A stretch of DNA of 32,000 nucleotides from Tannockella kyphosi (GTDB lineage: Bacteria; Bacillota_I; Bacilli_A; Erysipelotrichales; Coprobacillaceae), in the NCBI RefSeq assembly GCF_021054785.1, contig NZ_CP088239.1, forward strand, positions 1,590,001 through 1,622,000, in the 5' to 3' direction. The notes beneath the pieces are model-generated. The model searched no databases. It was given only the letters and a program-made list of their open reading frames with translations, and was not told the DNA's origin. The translations under genes were made by a program, and so were the position numbers. Positions 20,297 to 29,320 of this stretch are shown here, piece by piece (position 1 is the stretch's first letter; each line of letters opens with the position of its first letter).

Positions 20297-20320
20297 AAAA
20301 AAGACAGTTTCCTGTCTTTT
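20296..20320 (-). terminator. Intrinsic terminator after the 69-aa gene
   Basis: Minus strand reads AAAGACAG-gaaa-CTGTCTTTTTTTG. Confidence 0.55.
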
Positions 20321-20338
20321 CCCCCTCTTGCACCTTAC

Positions 20339-20548
20339 TTATAAATTGATATTTCCATCAATTATAGATTCATCTTTCATTGTAGCAAGGTAATAAACAA
20401 CTGATTCAGTTGGTTTGTAAAACATTTCTAAAGTATCAATTTGAGTTACTTTAACTTTTTGTGCTTTTAGTTCTTCTTTCACAGCTTTTTCTAAATCAGC
20501 TACTACTACGTTACTTCCTAAAAACTGTACTTCCATGCTTGCTTTCAT
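20339..20548 (-). CDS. Small hypothetical protein (69 aa)
   Basis: ORF with a GGGAGGGG SD and its own terminator. It has a soluble, alpha/beta-looking sequence. I cannot confidently name a family. Confidence 0.45.
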   Translation of the reverse strand: MKASMEVQFLGSNVVVADLEKAVKEELKAQKVKVTQIDTLEMFYKPTESVVYYLATMKDESIIDGNINL

Positions 20549-20592
20549 ACTTTACCCCTCCCTTTAAATTTGTATTCAATATATCATAACTT

Positions 20593-20892
20593 TCAACACA
20601 CATCAATATAATAAAGCATACAAATACATAAAATAGTCGAATTTATGCATAATTTTTGATTATCAAACGAATTTAACACCCCTTTTAGTCTATGATACTC
20701 TCCCATATCATAATACAAAACTTCTATTTCATCTCCTATCTTTAAACTTCTTAACGTATCATCAATATCTTGCATTGCTTCTTCAAATAATATTTTTTGA
20801 TGTTTTACTTCCTGTTCTTTTGCACGCATTGCCTCTTGCAATCCTTTCAAAGCATCCATGGGCATATATTGGGCCACCCTTGATTTATTCAC
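20593..20892 (-). CDS. YolD-like protein, accessory partner of Y-family polymerases
   Basis: AQYMPMDALKGLQEAMRAKE resembles the QF.PFAAL.G motif of YolD-like proteins. An EVLYYD..G.Y...G core is present. The GTG start overlaps the polymerase stop by 8 nt (cGTGAATAA). Confidence 0.55.
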   Translation of the reverse strand: MNKSRVAQYMPMDALKGLQEAMRAKEQEVKHQKILFEEAMQDIDDTLRSLKIGDEIEVLYYDMGEYHRLKGVLNSFDNQKLCINSTILCICMLYYIDVC

Positions 20893-22144
20893 GATTATGT
20901 CCTCCTATTAATAGATTCCTTTTTTTCATCGTTGCTTTTTCTTGCATATTCATTCCTTTCAAAACAGCATTTTTTCCATACTTATATTGGATAGTATGTA
21001 AAGCTTCTTGTAATTGCTTTTCTTTTTCAATTTCTTCTACATTATCAAACAGAGTATATTGAAAATATTCTTTTGGTTTTAAATGATTCATAGAAATAGA
21101 AACTTGGCGAATAGCAATATCTTGCACTGTCTTTTTTTGATACAACACCTTAAAATAACCAATCATTTGGCTATATAAATTCGTATAACCATCAATCCTC
21201 ATTGATCCACCAGTTGGTCGTATTTGTTCATTAGAATAACGAATAGATAAAGCAATATGATTACTAACAAGCCCCATCCCACTTAACTCCAAACATAGCC
21301 CTTCCACCATTTCTTTTACAATCAACCAAGCATCTTGATAATTATAATCCTCAAACAATACTTGTCCTTTTGATTTACTATGTTCCACTGATCGATATTG
21401 TTTAATATCTTGAATACTAACTATCTCTTTTCCCTTCGCATGATCTATCATTGCTTCACTAAGAATCCCAAATTCTTTATACAATACCTCACTACTAGTA
21501 TTAATAATATCATTCATTGTATAAATATGATGTTGATGTAACCTTCTTTGTATCCCTTTTCCTATTTGCCAAAAATCAGTTAATGGCTGATGTTCTCCTA
21601 ATTGTTCTTTAAATAATGATTCATTTAAATATGCTATCCCATCTTCTTGATGTTTTGCAAGAATATCCAAAGCTATCTTAGCAAGATATAAATTTGTTCC
21701 AATACCTGAGGATGCACTAATTCCTGTTTTTTGATAAACCCTAGTCATCATCGTTTGAACTAATTCATAAGGAGTTTGTTTATAAAACTTTAAATAACTA
21801 CTTAAATCTATAAATGCTTCATCAATAGAATAAACATGAATATCCTCTTTTGCAACAAACTCTAAATATACCCCATAAATAGTAGCTGCATAATCAATAT
21901 ACATTTGCATCCTAGGCTTTGCAATAAGATAGTCTATATAACTAGGTATCTCATAAATGCGACAACGATTCCTAATCCCTAAACTCTTTAAACTAGGAGA
22001 AATAGCTAAACACAATGCTCCTCTTCCTCTTTGCTTATCTGCTACCACTAAATTAGTACAAAAAGGATCCAATCCTCTTTCAACACATTCTACGGAAGCA
22101 TAAAACGTCTTTAAATCAATACATGCATATACTTTCATCTTCAT
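20885..22144 (-). CDS. Y-family (DinB/UmuC/ImpB-type) translesion DNA polymerase
   Basis: The N-terminus VYACIDLKTFYASVECVERGLDP (catalytic Asp, FYASVE) and YSIDEAFIDLS (DE motif) are present. The start is probably ATG 22144 or 22138. The track's 21-aa extension overlaps the promoter. Confidence 0.85.
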   Translation of the reverse strand: MKMKVYACIDLKTFYASVECVERGLDPFCTNLVVADKQRGRGALCLAISPSLKSLGIRNRCRIYEIPSYIDYLIAKPRMQMYIDYAATIYGVYLEFVAKEDIHVYSIDEAFIDLSSYLKFYKQTPYELVQTMMTRVYQKTGISASSGIGTNLYLAKIALDILAKHQEDGIAYLNESLFKEQLGEHQPLTDFWQIGKGIQRRLHQHHIYTMNDIINTSSEVLYKEFGILSEAMIDHAKGKEIVSIQDIKQYRSVEHSKSKGQVLFEDYNYQDAWLIVKEMVEGLCLELSGMGLVSNHIALSIRYSNEQIRPTGGSMRIDGYTNLYSQMIGYFKVLYQKKTVQDIAIRQVSISMNHLKPKEYFQYTLFDNVEEIEKEKQLQEALHTIQYKYGKNAVLKGMNMQEKATMKKRNLLIGGHNRE

Positions 22145-22159
22145 CACCAAAATGACTAT

Positions 22160-22188
22160 AACATATCTATTTTTTCTAACTTTGTCAA
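22160..22188 (-). promoter_or_regulatory. Candidate promoter of the polymerase-yolD pair
   Basis: Minus strand reads TTGACA, 17 nt, TATGTT. Confidence 0.4.
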
Positions 22189-22198
22189 AAAAACAGAT

Positions 22199-22220
22199 AA
22201 GAACCAATTATTTGGTTCTT
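22199..22220 (-). terminator. Hairpin terminator after the HAD hydrolase gene
   Basis: AAGAACCAA-ttat-TTGGTTCTT, a 9-bp perfect stem. On the minus strand it is followed by ATCTGTTTTTTT. Confidence 0.45.
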
Positions 22221-22237
22221 ATAAAAAAAAGAGAATC

Positions 22238-23020
22238 TTACGACCCTCCTAACATCTTATCTACTACTTGCCACACATAATCTACTTGACTCTGTGTATG
22301 CATTTGAATATCTTTATCTACACGGTGAAAAGTAAAAGCATGATCTGCTACTTCAAACATTGGAATATCATTATAAGAATCACCAATGCAGTATGTTTCG
22401 ACATCTAATTTTTCTTTTAAATAAGTAACCCCTTTTCCTTTATCACAACCCGGAGCACAAACATCCAAGTAATGTAAATTAACATGTCCTGTTACACTAT
22501 CACGATGATTGGTATCAATATATTCCTTCAATACCATTAATCTTTCTATTTGTTGATCCATTTGATGGAATGATATTAATTCAACACCTGATAAACCTTG
22601 AAATGTACCTAAATAATCAAAATCTTCTAATAATGTTCTACCACCCGTATTATCAATATAACTTTTCCCTTGTTCATAACAATACGTATTTGTTCCATCA
22701 AAGAAATAAGTAGTAATATCTAATTCCATTGCCTTTAATAAAATATCAAAAGCTGCTTTTTGATCCATTGTATAATGATACAATGGACCTTCTTCTTTCG
22801 AATAAAGATATCCTCCATTACTCAATACCAAATAATCATAAGACAATCCAAAAGCATTTAGAGGTACTTGTACCTCACTAAAATTTCTACCTGTATTAAA
22901 AGCTACTAAATGACCTGCTTCTTGTAACTCTTTTATTTTTGTTACATCCTTTGAACAAAGTAACTTATCGCCATGAATGATTGTCCCATCCATATCAATA
23001 AACAATATTTTCTTCTTCAT
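22238..23020 (-). CDS. Cof-type HAD-IIB family hydrolase (sugar-phosphate phosphatase-like)
   Basis: FIDMDGT motif I, the FNTGR region and the C-terminal GDSYND motif. Confidence 0.8.
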   Translation of the reverse strand: MKKKILFIDMDGTIIHGDKLLCSKDVTKIKELQEAGHLVAFNTGRNFSEVQVPLNAFGLSYDYLVLSNGGYLYSKEEGPLYHYTMDQKAAFDILLKAMELDITTYFFDGTNTYCYEQGKSYIDNTGGRTLLEDFDYLGTFQGLSGVELISFHQMDQQIERLMVLKEYIDTNHRDSVTGHVNLHYLDVCAPGCDKGKGVTYLKEKLDVETYCIGDSYNDIPMFEVADHAFTFHRVDKDIQMHTQSQVDYVWQVVDKMLGGS

Positions 23021-23038
23021 CTAATCTATCCTATCTTC

Positions 23039-24025
23039 TTATTTTAAATCTGCTGGAAACACTAATCCTGCTGATTTTCTAGCTTGCGTTAATACATCCA
23101 TTACATCCACACTAACTTTTAAACTCGCATCTACATATGCTTGATCTCTTGTTTTCATAATTTCAACAAATTTAACAAACTCAAAATACATACGATGTTC
23201 ATCCCCTTGAATATTTGTTGGAGCTACATTACTGTCACTGTTTTTAGCAACTGTAAAATCATTCAATAAACTAACTGGGCCCATAATCATAACATTCCCT
23301 TTATCACCTTGAATCGTACTCATCACTGGTGCTTTACAATCTTTTGCTCCAATACATACTGCTTTAAAAGTTCCATAATCCATTGTAACAATTCCTGAAG
23401 TATCAATATTTTGTTCAATATTAGCCATATATTCTACTTTTTTAGGCATCCCAAACAACGCTACTACAAAATTAATATTATAAACATTTAAATCCATTAA
23501 TGCTCCACCAGACATAGCATTATCAAATGCTGGTAAAATAGTACCTTGTTTAAAGGCATCATAACGTGATGAATATTGAGAATAGTTAGTTGTTACTATT
23601 TTAATATCTCCTAAACTAGAAATACTTTCTTTGACTAATGGCATATTTGGTAGAAAGTGAGTCGTTAGTGCTTCTATTAATATTTTCCCTTGTTTTTTAG
23701 CTAGCTCCACTAATTCTTCTAATTCTGTTTTATTAGAAGTAAATGGTTTTTCACAAATAACATCATAACCAGCAAGCAATGCTTGTTTACATGCTTGGTA
23801 GTGCATATGATTTGGCAAAGCAACATATACTACTTCCATTTCTTTATCTTCAAAGAATGCATCCATTTCATTATATTGGTTAGCTATCGAATGTTGTTTT
23901 CCAAACTCTGCTAGTTTCTCTTCATTTCTAGCATACATACTAACTACTTCTAATCCATCAACAAGATGACTAAATGTAAAAAAATCTCTAATAATAAATC
24001 CTGAACCCATAATCCCTAATTTCAT
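23039..24025 (-). CDS. Gfo/Idh/MocA family NAD(P)-dependent oxidoreductase
   Basis: N-terminal Rossmann motif MKLGIMGSGFI, EKPF motif (VICEKPF), ~330 aa. It lies 18 nt upstream of the HAD gene, so co-transcription is likely. Confidence 0.8.
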   Translation of the reverse strand: MKLGIMGSGFIIRDFFTFSHLVDGLEVVSMYARNEEKLAEFGKQHSIANQYNEMDAFFEDKEMEVVYVALPNHMHYQACKQALLAGYDVICEKPFTSNKTELEELVELAKKQGKILIEALTTHFLPNMPLVKESISSLGDIKIVTTNYSQYSSRYDAFKQGTILPAFDNAMSGGALMDLNVYNINFVVALFGMPKKVEYMANIEQNIDTSGIVTMDYGTFKAVCIGAKDCKAPVMSTIQGDKGNVMIMGPVSLLNDFTVAKNSDSNVAPTNIQGDEHRMYFEFVKFVEIMKTRDQAYVDASLKVSVDVMDVLTQARKSAGLVFPADLK

Positions 24026-24090
24026 TTTCTGTTCCCCTTTATTTATAAGTCTTATTTTATCATATTATAACGATGTTTCCAGTACATTTC

Positions 24091-24807
24091 TTAACTTTCA
24101 TAACTATCCCCACTAGAATAATCAATTTCTATTCCTGGTTGATTGTTATAAACATAAACACAAAACTCCAAAGCATCTCCTTGATCTTCATAAGACATAG
24201 CTTCCATTAATACACCAGAAGCAACTAAGTTATCCCCTTCATAAATTGCAGTTACACGATACAAAACATGATTCCCCGTTTCTTCTACATATCCTGCAAC
24301 CAAATTTTCAAAAGGCAACATTCCCTCTACATTCATTGATTGAGTACCCGTAATCAAATTTAATTCATTCGCATTTTCTCCTGTTAACTGAAACCCTAAC
24401 AAATGACTACGATGATATAAATATCCATTACTAACACAATCATATACTGCTACTTGATAACCAGTCGGGATAACACTACTAATGTCACCTCTTTGTTCTG
24501 TTGGCATTAATTCTTCACCAACTAAAGCATATCCTTGTTGTGCTCTTCCCCATTCATCTAGAGAAGCATATTCTTCAAAGACATCCAAATCTTGGTAATC
24601 TTCAAAGTATGGAACATTATTATTGATTTCTACAAATAGCTCATCACTATATGCTGGAATCGTATCTAATGTAATATTTGTTTCCACACTATCATTCAAA
24701 TTAAAAATAGAACTAAATTCTTCTAGGTAGTCGCCTTGTAAAACACTACCTCCTGCTGATAATAATATTAGTAATAAAACGAATATATTTTTTGGTTTTT
24801 TTCTCAT
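24091..24807 (-). CDS. Secreted/membrane-anchored non-specific DNA/RNA endonuclease (EndA / DNA-entry-nuclease-like)
   Basis: N-terminal signal/anchor MRKKPKNIFVLLLILLSAGG. The core YHRSHLLGFQLTGENANELNLITGTQSMN resembles the (D/H)RxHL..QL.G....NL..T motif of this nuclease family. Confidence 0.7.
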   Translation of the reverse strand: MRKKPKNIFVLLLILLSAGGSVLQGDYLEEFSSIFNLNDSVETNITLDTIPAYSDELFVEINNNVPYFEDYQDLDVFEEYASLDEWGRAQQGYALVGEELMPTEQRGDISSVIPTGYQVAVYDCVSNGYLYHRSHLLGFQLTGENANELNLITGTQSMNVEGMLPFENLVAGYVEETGNHVLYRVTAIYEGDNLVASGVLMEAMSYEDQGDALEFCVYVYNNQPGIEIDYSSGDSYES

Positions 24808-24871
24808 TTTAACATCCTTTTTATTCTTATTTATTTTAATTTAGGGTATACTATCTTCGGAGGTTTTTATT

Positions 24872-25852
24872 ATGAAAATAGTATTTTATAATGTTCGTTA
24901 TGACGAACAAGATTTTATTCTTTCTTTTGCAAAGAAACATCAAATAGATGCTACACTTTGTTACCAATCTTTAGGTCCAGATACATTTGAATATTTAAAA
25001 GGACAAGATGGTGTTAGTGTTGTTACATCAAAAATAGATCGTTCCATGATCGAAAAAATAAAAGAAAATAACATTCAATTCCTATCTACTAGAACCATTG
25101 GTTATGATCATATTGATATTCAAGCATGTCATGATTTAGGTATTAAAGTAAGTAATGTTACTTATAATTCTTATAGTGTTGCTGAATATACCTTAATGAT
25201 GATGTTAATGGGTCTTAGAAAGATACCTTCTTTAATGCAGCGTTTCCAAGGACAAGACTTTGGCCTATATACTGCTAGAGGAAAACAATTAAAAGATTTA
25301 ACTGTTGGTATTATTGGTACTGGTAAAATTGGACAAACAGTGATTGACTTACTTACCCCATTTCATTGTACCATCCTAGCATATGATGCTTATCACAATC
25401 CTAGTTTAAAGGATAAAGTAACTTATTGTTCCTTAGAAGAATTATATTGCCAAGCTGATCTTATTTCTCTTCATGCACCAAATACAGAAGAAACATATCA
25501 TATGCTTGATACAAAAGCATTTGATAACATGAAAGATGGTGTTGGTATTGTCAATACTGCAAGAGGTTCTCTTATTGATACCCAAGCTTTAATTAATGCA
25601 ATTGAATCAAAGAAAGTGGGTTTTGCATGTTTAGATGTATTAGAAAATGAAACAAACATTTATTACAAGGATATGAAAAATCAAGTGATCAATCATCGTG
25701 AACTAGCAATATTACGTTCTTTCCCGAATGTTCTATTAACACCACACACTGCTTTTTATAGCCAAGAAGCAGTAACCGATATGATTGACAACTCCATCTA
25801 TAGTTTACTCCAAATGTATCAAGGAAAAGAAAATCCTTGGCTTATTAAATAG
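24872..25852 (+). CDS. D-isomer-specific 2-hydroxyacid dehydrogenase (D-lactate dehydrogenase-like)
   Basis: NAD-binding GIIGTGKIG. Catalytic triad context is present: NTARGSLID (Arg), LDVLENE (Glu) and LTPHTAFYS (His). Confidence 0.85.
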   Translation: MKIVFYNVRYDEQDFILSFAKKHQIDATLCYQSLGPDTFEYLKGQDGVSVVTSKIDRSMIEKIKENNIQFLSTRTIGYDHIDIQACHDLGIKVSNVTYNSYSVAEYTLMMMLMGLRKIPSLMQRFQGQDFGLYTARGKQLKDLTVGIIGTGKIGQTVIDLLTPFHCTILAYDAYHNPSLKDKVTYCSLEELYCQADLISLHAPNTEETYHMLDTKAFDNMKDGVGIVNTARGSLIDTQALINAIESKKVGFACLDVLENETNIYYKDMKNQVINHRELAILRSFPNVLLTPHTAFYSQEAVTDMIDNSIYSLLQMYQGKENPWLIK

Positions 25853-25871
25853 GATGTGATTATCACATCCT
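25851..25871. terminator. Shared bidirectional terminator between the convergent dehydrogenase and PPK2 genes
   Basis: AGGATGTGAT-t-ATCACATCCT palindrome followed by ATTTTTT. Both stop codons touch the stem. Confidence 0.5.
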
Positions 25872-27332
25872 ATTTTTTATTTCTTCTTCTAATTTTTCTC
25901 TAATCGTACGCAACACTTTAATTCTTGCATACATTTTGTCATTACCTTCAATAATAATCCATGGTGCCTCATGTGTAGAAGTTCTTTGAATCATCGTATT
26001 AACAGCTTCTTCATAGACATCCCATTTTTCACGATTACGCCAATCTTCATCCGTTATCTTATAATTCTTTTCAGGAGTATTCACTCGTGTCATAAAACGA
26101 GTATACTGTTCCTCTTTATCAATTTGAATCCAGAACTTTAATACAACCGCACCCCAAGAATGCAACATATCTTCAAATTCATTAATTTCATTATATGCTT
26201 GTTCACAACGCTTTTTATCCGTTAAATCTTCTAGTTTTTCGACCATCACTCGACCATACCAAGTACGATCAAAAATAGCGATATGACCAACTTTAGGAAT
26301 TTCTTTATAAAAACGCCATAAATAATGATGCATTAATTCTTCTTTTGTAGGTGAAGCTACCGGTATCACATCAAAACCTCGAGGATCTAAAGCCCATGAT
26401 AAACGTCGAATGGCACCACCCTTTCCGGCTGCATCCCAGCCTTCAAAAGCTAATACAACAGGTATTTTATTACGATATAATAAGTTTTGTATTTTAGTAA
26501 GTCTATCTTGTTCTTTTTTTAGTTCTTGTTTATATTGTTCTTCTGTTAAATAAGGACGTAAAGAAACATCTTGTAGATAAGGTGTATTTAGATGATTTAC
26601 TAGTAAATTGCTTCTTGTAGTGATTGGTAAACCATTTTCTAAGACATCTTGAAATGTTTTGATCATCGTATCTAAAACTTCTAAAACACCGTCATATTTA
26701 TCTTCATTAAAAACAATATGCCATGGAGCATAGCTTGTATTTGTTTTTGAAAAGAAATCTTCTGCAAGTTTTTTTCGTTGATCATATTGTTTGTGATTGT
26801 TCCAATCTTTTTCAACAATTCTCCAACTCATGTCTTGATCTTCATCTAATTCTTTTAATCTTTTTGCTTGTTCTTTTTTAGAAATATGTAAAAAGAATTT
26901 CATTACAATTGTCCCATCATCTACTAATTGTGCTTCTAAACGATTAATTTTATCAGCCCATTGTTCTTGACTAGCACCATCAATTAGTTGTTCAAAAACA
27001 TCATTATACCAACCTCTATCAAACAATACCATTTTTCCATATAAAGGTAACTTAATGAAAAATCTCCAAAATAAAGGTCTTCTTAATTCATCAATACTTT
27101 TCACCTTTGAAGAATGTACTTGATAATGTCTTGGTTCTAATTGAGAAATAATTTTCCCCAATATTCTACCTTTACCAGAAGCACTCCATCCTTCTAAAAT
27201 AACTACTGTTGGAATATTTTTTTCAAAAATAGTTCTTTGTAAAACTCCTAATTCTTTTTGCTTTTCTTTCACTAATTTCTTTTTTTCTTTCGTAGTAAAT
27301 AAAGCATATTCATTTTCTTTATTATCAAACAT
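25863..27332 (-). CDS. Two-domain polyphosphate kinase 2 (PPK2-PPK2 fusion; polyphosphate:AMP/NMP phosphotransferase-type)
   Basis: Two tandem PPK2 modules, each with a Walker A motif (EGWSASGKG and EGWDAAGKG) and FDRGWY / FDRTWY motifs. 489 aa. Confidence 0.85.
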   Translation of the reverse strand: MFDNKENEYALFTTKEKKKLVKEKQKELGVLQRTIFEKNIPTVVILEGWSASGKGRILGKIISQLEPRHYQVHSSKVKSIDELRRPLFWRFFIKLPLYGKMVLFDRGWYNDVFEQLIDGASQEQWADKINRLEAQLVDDGTIVMKFFLHISKKEQAKRLKELDEDQDMSWRIVEKDWNNHKQYDQRKKLAEDFFSKTNTSYAPWHIVFNEDKYDGVLEVLDTMIKTFQDVLENGLPITTRSNLLVNHLNTPYLQDVSLRPYLTEEQYKQELKKEQDRLTKIQNLLYRNKIPVVLAFEGWDAAGKGGAIRRLSWALDPRGFDVIPVASPTKEELMHHYLWRFYKEIPKVGHIAIFDRTWYGRVMVEKLEDLTDKKRCEQAYNEINEFEDMLHSWGAVVLKFWIQIDKEEQYTRFMTRVNTPEKNYKITDEDWRNREKWDVYEEAVNTMIQRTSTHEAPWIIIEGNDKMYARIKVLRTIREKLEEEIKNRM

Positions 27333-27351
27333 TTTTGAATCCTCCCATTGA

Positions 27352-27376
27352 TAAAAAAGATGTGAAACTCACATCT
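27352..27376 (-). terminator. Hairpin terminator at the end of the GGDEF-EAL gene, immediately upstream of the PPK2 gene
   Basis: Minus strand reads AGATGTGA-gtt-TCACATCT followed by TTTTTTA. The stop codon of the upstream gene is part of the stem. Confidence 0.5.
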
Positions 27377-28787
27377 ATAATAATTTAATTAACTCTTCTT
27401 GTGGAATTGGTCTAGAAAATAGAAATCCTTGATATATATCACAATCAAATTCTTTAATTAAATCTAATTGTTCTTGTTCTTCAATACCCTCTACTACCGT
27501 CGTAATATTTAATTTCTTAGCCAGTGAGATAATCGCAAGCAACGTTTCTTTTGCTTTAAGACTAGAACTAGCACGATCTAAGAATGACTTATCAATCTTT
27601 AATGTATCAACAGCTATCTCACTAAATCTACTTAATCCCGACATTCCTGTACCAAAATCATCCATACTAACACTAAAACCAGCTTGACGTAATTGATCTA
27701 CTTTTAAGACAGCTTTGCAAGCATCCTGTATTAATGCTGTCTCTGTGATTTCGATATCGAAATCACTAGCACAAACAGAATGTTTTTCCATTATTTTTGT
27801 TAGTTGTTTTAAAACATCTCCTTCTAATAAAGTAATGGTAGAAAGATTGATTGATATTTTAAGGTTTTTCATTTTTTGATTTTTACTAACACTCTCACAA
27901 ACTCTTTCAAAAACATAATAATCTAAACTTAAAATAAATCCATTTCTTTCAAAAACAGGAATAAAATGATCTGGATAAATCAAATTATAATAACCACTAA
28001 CCCAACGAACTAACGCTTCAGCACCTACTATTTGATTTGTTTTTACATCTACTTTTGGTTGATACAACATCGTAAATTCTTTGTTTTCTATTCCTTTTTC
28101 CATAGAATGAACAATTTCATTCTTTACTTTAGAAGCTTTAGCCATATCTTTTGAATAGACTGAACAAGTATTGCCATAAATGAACTTTTCTTTCTTCCTA
28201 GCCTCATCAGCACAATCAATACAATAAGGAATATCTACATTATTAGTATCGATATGATAAATTCCTGAACTTATATAAATACGATAATAATCATGCGATA
28301 TTTGATCTAAAATATTAATACCTTGATTATATTCTTTGATTTTATCTTTTTCAATACTATCAACTACAAACTCTCTTTTCACAATAATCGCAAAACGATC
28401 CCCACCTACTCTAGAAATAGCCTTAGCTTCTTTAAAATAGTTTTCTAACTTCATTGAAAACTCTTGTAATATCCTTGTTCCTTCTTCATATCCAAATATT
28501 TCATTCACATACTTAAAATTATCAATATCCATAAATAACAAAGAATACTCATCATTTGATTCTCTAATAATTTTATTCCCTACTTCACAAAATGCTTGAT
28601 AAGACATAAAACCTGTTAATTCATCTATACTCAATCGTTTTGTAATTTGTCTTTTTTGATGAGTTAAATAGGTCCAAACACATAAAATATTCATCCCTAT
28701 TAACATCAATATCACAAAACTAACTATTTCAATATGACTAGTTTCAATAGCACCACTCGTCAGTCCTACTAATAAAATTTTCTCCAC
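27375..28787 (-). CDS. Membrane-anchored c-di-GMP protein: degenerate GGDEF domain (GGDRF) plus intact EAL phosphodiesterase domain
   Basis: N-terminal TM helix. The GGDEF domain has FMDIDNFKYVNE and RVGGDRFAII. The EAL domain has GAEALVRW, INLS, IEITE, DDFGTG, KIDKSF, EGIE and QGFLFSRP. Confidence 0.85.
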   Translation of the reverse strand: MEKILLVGLTSGAIETSHIEIVSFVILMLIGMNILCVWTYLTHQKRQITKRLSIDELTGFMSYQAFCEVGNKIIRESNDEYSLLFMDIDNFKYVNEIFGYEEGTRILQEFSMKLENYFKEAKAISRVGGDRFAIIVKREFVVDSIEKDKIKEYNQGINILDQISHDYYRIYISSGIYHIDTNNVDIPYCIDCADEARKKEKFIYGNTCSVYSKDMAKASKVKNEIVHSMEKGIENKEFTMLYQPKVDVKTNQIVGAEALVRWVSGYYNLIYPDHFIPVFERNGFILSLDYYVFERVCESVSKNQKMKNLKISINLSTITLLEGDVLKQLTKIMEKHSVCASDFDIEITETALIQDACKAVLKVDQLRQAGFSVSMDDFGTGMSGLSRFSEIAVDTLKIDKSFLDRASSSLKAKETLLAIISLAKKLNITTVVEGIEEQEQLDLIKEFDCDIYQGFLFSRPIPQEELIKLL

Positions 28788-29285
28788 ATTAATTATCTCT
28801 CTTTCTAGACTTCATCCTTATTCCTATAGCATACACTACACAATTTGTTATCAACAATTATGTTTTATTATATCCATATACTATCCTAAATCATTTACTT
28901 TCTTAGAACCATTCATTCCCTAATTACAAGCATATTATAAGGATTATAAAGTTCTTAAATGCTTCTTCAATTAAATAAATGATATCATAAAAAGATGTCT
29001 ATATCAAACAAATTCACCTTTATGTGAACTACTCAACAATTGAATTATTGATGTCTTCATTAAAAAATAGAAACAAAATAATATTTAACTATATGAACCC
29101 AACTACCCTTCTTATTTCTTACTATCACAAACTATTTTCACCTCTCATAAGTATATACCTAAATTCTTTTACAATTTCTTTAAAAAAATATTTTTTTATT
29201 AAAAAAGACATAAAATAATTACTTGTTATGATATATAAAAAGTTAAATTAACTATAGAAGTGTCTTTTTATTACATCTTGCTGTA

Positions 29286-29320
29286 TCTTTATTGAACTTA
29301 TTGATAATAAAGAATATAAT
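29286..29320 (+). promoter_or_regulatory. Promoter of the S24-repressor operon with an overlapping inverted repeat (candidate operator)
   Basis: TTGAAC (29292-29297), 17 nt, TATAAT (29315-29320). An 8-bp perfect inverted repeat TCTTTATT/AATAAAGA (29286-29293 / 29306-29313) brackets the -35 and spacer. Confidence 0.4.

Noticed and set aside
638-21062. Short ORFs antisense to long genes: 638-829, 2682-2915, 3692-3892, 10751-10936, 11244-11510, 14934-15155, 15195-15419, 16921-17208, 17943-18131 and 20775-21062. The same applies to 29321-29533 and 29678-29860.
   Set aside because: All lie entirely within, or antisense to, well-supported conserved genes. They lack SDs and have the skewed composition of shadow ORFs in AT-rich DNA.
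22199-22220. GAAC...GTTC palindrome upstream of the Y-family polymerase as a LexA/Cheo box
   Set aside because: The spacer is 10 nt, not 4. The 9-bp stem followed by a T-run on the minus strand fits a terminator for the HAD hydrolase gene.
29024-29218. 64-aa ORF in the AT-rich gap
   Set aside because: It has no SD, a low-complexity Ile/Asn/Lys/Tyr-rich composition typical of random AT-rich frames, and no recognisable motif.
28845-29310. Two 13-nt TTRTTGATAAYAA palindromes as shared operators linking the S24 repressor to the GGDEF-EAL promoter
   Set aside because: The arms are only 5 bp and made purely of A/T-rich sequence in a very AT-rich gap, so a chance occurrence is likely. I kept it as a note inside a low-interest finding and did not call it as a feature.
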